A stretch of 64,000 nt of DNA, from the NCBI GenBank assembly GCA_040954595.2, contig CM082586.2:2609124-2673123 (forward strand), given 5' to 3'. The notes under the pieces are model-generated. The model saw only the letters and a list, made by a program, of their open reading frames with translations. It did not search any database and was not told the DNA's origin. Positions 55,936-64,000 of the stretch are shown here, in pieces. The DNA comes from Balanoglossus misakiensis (Eukaryota > Animalia > Hemichordata). How positions within the stretch are numbered: the first letter of the stretch is position 1; each line of letters opens with the position of its first letter. The position numbers and the translations under genes are program-made.

Positions 55936-58900
55936 ATGAATATCGTTTTTGGAGTACTGGTACTGTGTGGTCTACACATTAGTCTTTCGAGGTCAGTGCT
56001 ATAGTTATACTGGTACAGAATTTTGCGAGGAACTGACACTTTCTCGCTGTTCCACAAGAACCATGCGTAGTTGACATTTAAATTTATCGAGCAGTATAAA
56101 ACAGTTCAAGTCCTACTTAATTGAAAAATGTGATGTACTTGTTACACTGGAAATCCTTTGAAATAAAGGATAGCCATTTGTCAAAATGATTTATTCCATG
56201 TCCATTCCGTTGTAAGCAGACAGCAAGAGCCAACAGGGGGTCTCCACGATATAACAAGCCCTTGCGAAGATGGTACTTATGGAAGTTGCGGTAAGTACTT
56301 TGCTCTATTAGCTATAGTTCATAGCTGAATGATCCAGGCGTGCAAATCTCAAATAGAGTTCTGTAAAATTTACACTGTTTCATAGTACAAAAGAAACAGC
56401 CACTCAGATCGTTGTGGCTTGCCAGTCCGGGAGACTGAGTGTGTTAAGTCTTGCCTCTATTACAGGCTGTTCAGGCACAGGCGTCATCCACGTTTCTCCT
56501 GGCCAGTCTGTCTCCATAAAATCCCCAAATTATCCAAGAAAGTACAACAACCACGACAATTGTCAGTGGCTGATCAGCACCGATGAGGAAGGCATCCTTC
56601 TGACTCACTTCTTGGATTTTCGAACGGAAACAAGACACGACACAGTCACTATTGGTTGGGGTTCAGATCCAAGTGACGAAAGCACAGAGATCCTAACTGC
56701 ATCGGGTTCTATCATACCCATTGACTTGAGGTCCCCGGGATCTCAAATTTGGGTAAAATGGCGCACAGATAGATCACGGAAAGGAAGAGGCTGGCATCTT
56801 ACAATCAATCATCGCGAAGGTGAGTTATTATAAAATAATATTGAACTGAAGTCAGACATGCCCCAGATATTTCTCCCCAAATAAAAGGGAGTTGAAGAGA
56901 CGACATTGTAACAAAATTCGGGGTACATCCTTACAGAGTCACATGATTAATGCTATTTCTTTCATAAGTGCTGTCACATCGAGGAATCTCACAGCATTGT
57001 GCATGTAGTAAGCTTATATGATATAACACGGTGCATGACCTGAGGGTCGTGTGACATTTTCCGTATCAAATTATAACACTTATTCTATCCCAGCTTGTTC
57101 GGGCACCAAGTTTGTGAGCGTCCAGCCTGGTCAAACTATTTCCATAACATCGCCGAACTACCCGAACGACTACAACAACTACGACGCATGTTGGTGGCTA
57201 GTGAGCGCAGAATTCGGAGGCGTTCTACAGACTTACTTCACGGACTTTGAAACGGAAGCTGGTTACGACTTCGTTGCTATCGGTCACGGTCCCTTCCCAA
57301 ATTCAAGTTCAGAAGTCATCAGGGCATCAGGCGTGGGTCTTCCTGATGACTGGCAATCTCCAGGGTCTCAGATATGGATTACCTGGAATACAGATGGATC
57401 AAGGACATTCAAAGGCTGGAATCTCTCTGTCAGTCAAGACACGGTAGTGTCAACAGGTATGTGGCTGTCATCTGGAGTTTGCAATGCATCCATTTCAAAT
57501 CTCGGAAAGGCGCTACGTTGAGTGTCAACTAGAAGTGTACTACTTTAAAATATTGCTCGTAAAAACCGACATCGTATTGTTTTGTCGACAACTGCATACA
57601 ATACAATATTGGACTATTTTGGCCACACTAACAGACTCGTACTCTGTGTTTTATTGTCAGATATTGTTTATACTACTGTAACAGACGAGCACGATTATAC
57701 TGCTAATACTGGAAATTGTGGTAAGATAACATGCCTATTATATTAGGGGTCAACAATTGTCCACCTGTTTTGATGCAAGTTGACATAAAGCTGAGTTCTG
57801 CCTTGACGCAAAAAGTCTGATTCGAGGGTTGTCAATATGCACGGCGACCAGAAACTGTCGATACATTTTGGCCTTACCACTTGACTCTCAAAATATAACC
57901 AATCTGCCCTACATTTCATATGTATAATATATATTTTGATGTTTTTCATTGCTGTTTTTTTTTCACTTTTTGAAATAACCTTGCACTTCAGTGTTCACTT
58001 CAACTGGCGTGCCTACAGAGGGCGGTGTCGCAGGCTGTTCAGGAACAAACTACCTAAACGTTCCCTCGGGAGAGTCTGTCTTCATAACTTCGCCAAACTA
58101 CCCAGACAACTACAACAATTTTGACAATTGCCAGTGGGTTATCAGCATCAGCAGCGACGCCGAAGGCTTTCTTTTTACTCATTTCGTGGATTTTCAAACG
58201 GAAGCAGGATACGACTCGATCACTATTGGTTGGGGTTCAGATCCTGACGATGAAGACTCACAAATACTGACAACATCGGGTCCTGTCTTACCAAACGATT
58301 TGAGTTTCCCGGGATCTCAGATTTGGGTAAAATGGCAGTCGGATAGTTCGCGGACACACAGAGGCTGGAATCTTGAAATCAGTCTACCGGGTAGGTTGTG
58401 TAGCATTTTGGGACGAATAAATCTCCTTCCCAAATTATCATAGTTCCATTTTTGGTCCAGAAAGTTTCAGAGAACGTGCACGATATCACAATATGGCCGT
58501 GTGTCCCGAAGGTTGTTGAGTTTTTCATGAGAGACTGTAATTTACACTTATTCTATTCCAGCTTGTTCGGGTACCAAGTTTGTGAGCGTCCAGCCTGGTC
58601 AAACAATTTCCATAACATCGCCAAATTACCCGAACAACTACAACAACTTCGACGAATGTTGGTGGCTGGTGACCGCAGAATTCGGAGGCGTTCTCCAGAC
58701 TCACTTCACGGACTTTGAAACGGAAGACAGTTACGACTTCGTCGCCATTGGTCACGGTCCCTTCCCAAATTCAAGTTCAGAAGTTATCAGGGCATCAGGC
58801 ATGGGTCTTCCTGATGACTGGCAATCTCCAGGGTCTCAGATATGGATAAAATGGGATGCAGATGGATCAGGGACAAACCGAGGCTGGAATCTCACTGTCA

Positions 58901-61900
58901 GTCAAGACACGGTAGTGTCAACGGGTATGTGGCTGTCATCTGGAGTTTGCAATGCATCCATTTCAAATCTCGGAAAGGCGCTACGTTGAGTGTCAACTAG
59001 AAGTGTAATACTTTAAAATATTGCTCGTAAAAACCGACATCGTATTGCTTTGTCGACAAATGCATACAATACAATATTGGACTATTTTGGCCACACTAAC
59101 AGACTCATACTGTGTGTTTTATTGTCAGATATTGTTTATACTACTGTAACAGACGAGCAAGATTATACTGCTAATACTGGAAATTGTGGTAAGATAACAT
59201 GCCTATTATATTAGGGGTCAACAATTGTCCATCTGTTTTACTGCAAGTTGACATACAGCTGAGTTCTGCCTGGACGCAAAAAGTCTGATTCGAGGGTTGT
59301 CAATATGCACGGCGACCAGAAACTGTCGTTACATTTTGGCCTTACAAATGAACCACTTGACTCTCAAAATATAATCAATCTGCCCTACATTTCATATGTA
59401 TAATGCATATTTTGATGTTTTTCATTGCTGGTTTTTTTTTCACTTTTTGAAATAACCTTGCACTTCAGTGTTCACTTTAACTGCCGTGCCTACAGAGGGC
59501 GGTGCCTCAGGCTGTTCAGGAACAAACTACCTAAACGTTCCCTCGGGAGAGTCTGTCTTCATAACGTCGCCAAACTACCCAGACAACTACAACAATTTTG
59601 ACAATTGCCAATGGGTTATCAGCAGCGACGCAGAAGGCATTCTTTTGACTCATTTCGTGGATTTTCAAACGGAACCAGGATACGACTCAATCACTATTGG
59701 TTGGGGTTCAGATCCTGACGATGAAGACTCACAAATGCTGACAACATCGGGGTCTGTCATACCAAACGACTTGAGGTCCCCAGGATCTCAGATTTGGGTA
59801 AAATGGCAGGCGGATTTATCGCAAACACATAGTGGCTGGAATCTTGAAATCAGTCATCTCGCAGGTGAGCTGTTTGAATATTGGGATGAAAAAAAAATCA
59901 CTTTCCCAAGTTTTGTTTTGCCTCGTATATGCATATGTGTAGGCCTACTTCCTTTGAGACATCGATGGGTCCGAAGACTTTCAACATATTGTGAATGTTT
60001 GCCATATATGACCACATGTCCTGAATGCTGTGTATCATTTCCCTGTCATACTGTATCTTTTATTTCTACAGCTTGTTCGGGGACTAGATTTGTGAGCGTC
60101 CAGCCTGGTCAAAGTATTTCCATAACATCGCCGAACTACCCGAACAACTACAACAACTACGACGAATGTTGGTGGCTGGTGACCGCAGAATTCGGAGGCG
60201 TTCTCCAGACTCTCTTCACGGACTTTGAAACGGAAGACAGTTACGACTTCGTCGCCATTGGTCACGGTGCCTTCCCAAATTCAAGTTCAGAAGTTATCAG
60301 GGCATCAGGCATGGGTCTTCCTGATGACTGGCAATCTCCAGGGTCTCAGATATGGATAACCTGGAATGCAGACAGGTCAAACACACGCAGAGGTTGGAAT
60401 CTCACTGTCACTCACGATGCAGGTCAGTAGTGTAACTCATTTTTCGCCATTGTGGTTCGTTGTACCTGGCTCTTTGTTCCATAAACTTTATCAATAAGTA
60501 ATGTTTGTAACACGACGACAGCTCATGCACAAATCTGGAGTATATACACTCTCTATGATTGACAGGTATAGTTACCACCACTCCAGCGATTTCTTGCCAT
60601 GGGCTGTTCCAGTGTAGCAATGGCTGGCAGTGTATCCCACTAGAACAACGCTGTGATGGAATCGATGACTGCGAAGATGGCAGTGACGAAATATGTAGTA
60701 AGTTAATAAAGGAATACAGTCACTTCTGATTTACATATGCCCATATATGGTCAACAAGTGTGTGTCTTAATCTTCAAATGGTCATGTGGTTACCCACTTT
60801 TTTCTACTTTTTTTCAGTTTAACCTTTTCGAATTTTGCCTGTTCAGAGGTCCAACTTTACCATGGAAAACAATGGATATAGAACAAACCATGGTGGTGAA
60901 AGGTTAAGCCCTTTCTTCCCTTTTATGTTACAGGTTGTTCTGGCACTGAAATTATACACGTTCGGCCAGGTAGACCAGTGTCCATCACATCGCCCAACTA
61001 TCCCCAAGACTACAACAACGATGATGACTGCCAGTGGTTGATCAGTACTGACATAGGAGGCTTTTTGCGAGTTCATTTCACTGATTTTTCCGCAGAATTA
61101 GGATATGACAATGTCATAATTGGTAACGGTTCAGATTTTAACGATTCCAGCACAGTAGAAGTTACGAGAACAGGTTATAACATCCCACGCCCCTGGCATT
61201 CTCCAGGATTTCAGATGTGGATGAAATGGAAATCGGACGGGTCAGTGACCAAAAGAGGTTGGAATGTCACCATAAGTCACACAGGTAAATAGTTTGGAAA
61301 CAGAGAAATCCAGTACCATTCCAAGATAGGTTCATTTAAATTAGCTTTCTGGTGGGTTTATAAATGTACATGTGCAACTTTTAACTGTAAAACTTATGAC
61401 CTGCAGACACTATAGCACCCAGTACACAGTGGCCGATTGCAACTGAGCATGTCACTGCGCATGTCACTGAGCTCTGCCGTGGACAATACCAATGTGGAAA
61501 TGGCTGGCAGTGCATTCCATATGAACATGAGTGTGATGGAACCGTTGATTGTGACGATGGAAGTGATGAGCTCTGCTCAGGTAAGTCACAGCAATACAGT
61601 CATTTCTATTTCTCGTGTATCCATATATGGACAAAAGGGCATCTTCAAACGGCAATATTTTCGCGTGGTTATCAATTGGAAATCTGTGATTTGCTAGATC
61701 TCAACTTTCATCGATACTGATGATGATGAGCAGATTGTCATCGGTGACCGTGAACCTTTAAGTGACAATTCAGTTCCCTTTCTGAAAGTGAAGACCGGAA
61801 ATGACAAGGACAAGTTTCTGACACGATCCAATCATGAAAACGGCATTCAAATTCTTTAAAACCAGCGCAGTTCTTCCTTGGGAATTAATGCATTAAGCTA

Positions 61901-64000
61901 TAGGAAATAGTGAATGTTATTTTGTACTCTATAGATTGTTCGGGACAGAACTTCCTGAGCGTCCAGCCTGGTCAAACGGTTTCCATAACATCGCCGTACT
62001 ACCCGAACAACTACAACAACTACGAAACATGTTGGTGGCTAGTGAGCGTAGAATTCGGAGGCGTGCTCCAGACTCACTTCACGGACTTTGAAACGGAAGC
62101 TGGTTACGACTTCGTTGCTATCGGTCACGGTCCCTTCCCAAATTCAAGTTCAGAAGTTATTAGGGCATCAGGCGTGGGTCTACCTAAAGACTGGCAATCT
62201 CCAGGGTCTCAGATATGGATAAAATGGAATACAGATCAAACAAGGGTGTATAGAGGTTGGAATCTCACAATCAGTAACATTGGCGGTAGGCCTACACGTA
62301 CTGGTAAGTATTTCACAATTTCACAACAGTGACCCGAACAGTAGCGCACAACACAGAAAGAAACTCGTTCTACCATTCTTATTTGCAGTTTCGATTGCGA
62401 CAGAGCGACCCATAACCACACTCACCACGCCACAAGATAGTTCGTGCAAGGGAAAATTATATACGAGTGTTTTAATGGCTAGCAAAGTATTGCATATGAA
62501 TACAGATGGAACCAAAGATTCTTCCTTTCTATATTACAGGTTGTTCTGGCACTGAAATTATACACGTACGGCCAGGTAGACCAGTGTCCATCACATCGCC
62601 CAACTATCCCCAAAACTACAACAACGATGATGACTGCCAGTGGTTGATCAGTACTGACATAGGAGGCTTTTTGCGAGCTGATTTCACTGATTTTGCCACA
62701 GAATTACGATATGACAATGTTACTATTGGATACGGTTCAGATCCTGACAATTTAAGCACATTAGCTGTTAGGAGAACAGGTTATAACACCCCACGCCCCT
62801 GGCATTCTCCAGGATTTCAGATGTGGATGAAATGGAAATCGGACGGGTCAGTGACCAAAAGAGGTTGGAATGTCACCATAAGTCACACAGGTAAATAATT
62901 TGGAAACAGAGAAATCCAGTGCGATTCCAAGATAGGTTCATTAAATTAGCTTTCTGGTGGGTTTATAAAATTAATGTACATGTGCATGCCATGAAGACAT
63001 GTTAGACCTCTGACTGCGGCAGATATAAATATTTGATGGGAACAAAAAAAATTATATTAATAGACGGGTCATCCACCGTTTATCCAGTATTATAGAGAAA
63101 AAAATAGTATATAGAAAGAACGGGAAAAATTTGTCTCCGAGTAGCGTAAGTGTACTTCCTGAATGTATTCTTAATGTGTGCTGCCTTCTCTCATTTTAAC
63201 TTTTAACTGTAAAACCGATCACGACGGACCAACCCACAACCACACGCACCACGGCACCAGTTAGTTCGTGCGAGGGGAAATTCGAGTGTTTCAATGGCTG
63301 GCAGTGTATTCCATATGAATACAGGTGTGATGGAACCGAAGATTGTTTAGATGGGAGTGATGAACTATGCTACGGTAAGTTGACCAGTCTTACTAGGGTC
63401 GTCGAGCGCCCTCATTTAAAGGCCCTCAACGAACCTCGCTTACAACAAGATGTTTGATTTTGATTACAGACTGCCCCGGTCCAAACTACATCAACGTCCA
63501 GCATGGCGAAACAATCATCGTGACGTCACCGAACTACCCTAACAACTACAACAACGACGATTTTTGCATGTGGATTGTCATGACTGACGCGGGTGGCTTT
63601 CTCCAGACCCAATTCCTTGAGGTTCTCACTGAAGTTAGTTTCGACATTGTCGAAATTGGCCACGGAATATATCCCGGTGACGTGGGTACAGTGTCGGTCT
63701 GGACATCAGGTCATGACGTTCCCGATGACTGGCAGTCGCCAGGAAATGGTATGTGGATAAAATGGCAGTCAGATGGTTCAGTCACCGAGAAAGGATGGAA
63801 ACTGAGTATCAGCGGCCATGGGGGAGGTGAGTAAAGTCAGCTATTAAGTGAGTGATGAAAAACTCAATTTCAAGATGGCGGATTTTTGTATAGGCCTATT
63901 ACAGTGTAGTACGATCTCTACCATTTAGTACTGTATGTTTAACGTGCATTTCTACCTTCTATGTTTTCAGAGATAGAGAACACTTCCTCTTGGCCATGAA
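55936..64000 (+). CDS. Secreted/cell-surface CUB + LDL-receptor class A repeat protein (partial; 10 CUB exons in window)
   Basis: Signal exon [19 protein letters not shown] (55936-55991). CUB exons (ITSPNYPxxYNN...C.W...F.DF.TE..YD) at 56466-56819, 57094-57456, 57992-58390, 58562-58924, 59469-59864, 60072-60422, 60934-61284, 61935-62303, 62540-62890 and 63470-63826. LDLa exons (C..GWQCIP....CDG..DC.DGSDE) at 60566-60697, 61407-61580 and ~63261-63374. 36-nt linker exons at 57685-57720 and 59153-59188. All are phase 1-1. Confidence 0.9.
57075..59864 (+). repeat. Recent ~1.47-kb tandem duplication (CUB + linker exon + CUB, introns included)
   Basis: ~57075-58390 aligns near-identically with ~58545-59864, including intron text (e.g. 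gtatgtggctgtcatctggagtttgcaatgcatcc at 57457 and 58925). Offset is 1468-1477 bp. Confidence 0.92.
60915..62985 (+). repeat. Second intragenic duplication: CUB exon plus flanking intron (~60915-61375 vs ~62521-62985)
   Basis: Exons 60934-61284 and 62540-62890 (offset 1606) are near-identical and share the downstream intron (gtaaata.tttggaaacagagaaatccagt...ttagctttctggtgggtttataaa). Confidence 0.88.
62389..62520 (+). pseudogene. Degenerate LDLa pseudo-exon within the CUB/LDLa gene
   Basis: Homologous to the LDLa exon at ~63217-63374. It carries a 5-nt insertion (aaattATATAcgag), TGG>TAG and a deletion in the CDG motif, and has lost its 3' half and splice donor. Confidence 0.8.

Overview
Eukaryotic, compact-intron genomic DNA, probably from a marine invertebrate animal (inferred from gene content; species not identifiable here). 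Bases 1-~11160 are an 87-bp A/T-tract satellite array (~128 copies, two sub-families). It ends abruptly at a 144-bp foldback element and gene-dense sequence follows. Genes in order: an intronless ACSF2-like acyl-CoA synthetase (+); a head-to-head pair of paralogous NWD1/NWD2-type STAND genes (DUF4062/TIR-like - NACHT - WD40); SNX19-like (-); N6AMT1/HEMK2 (+); DRC1 (-); RPL11 (+); an uncharacterised multi-exon gene (-); SDF2-like (-); a short ABRA/Costars gene (+); and a secreted CUB/LDLa tandem-repeat gene running off the right edge. The most striking system is the divergent NACHT-WD40 pair. Both proteins end in a Q/P-rich tail plus a CaaX prenylation box, their WD40 regions are strongly diverged, and the exon encoding the TIR-like N-terminal domain appears homogenised between them by a local gene-conversion tract. 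The CUB/LDLa gene shows exon duplication and decay in progress and a hypervariable ligand-binding loop. Exon coordinates were read by eye from GT-AG boundaries; no database searches were run.
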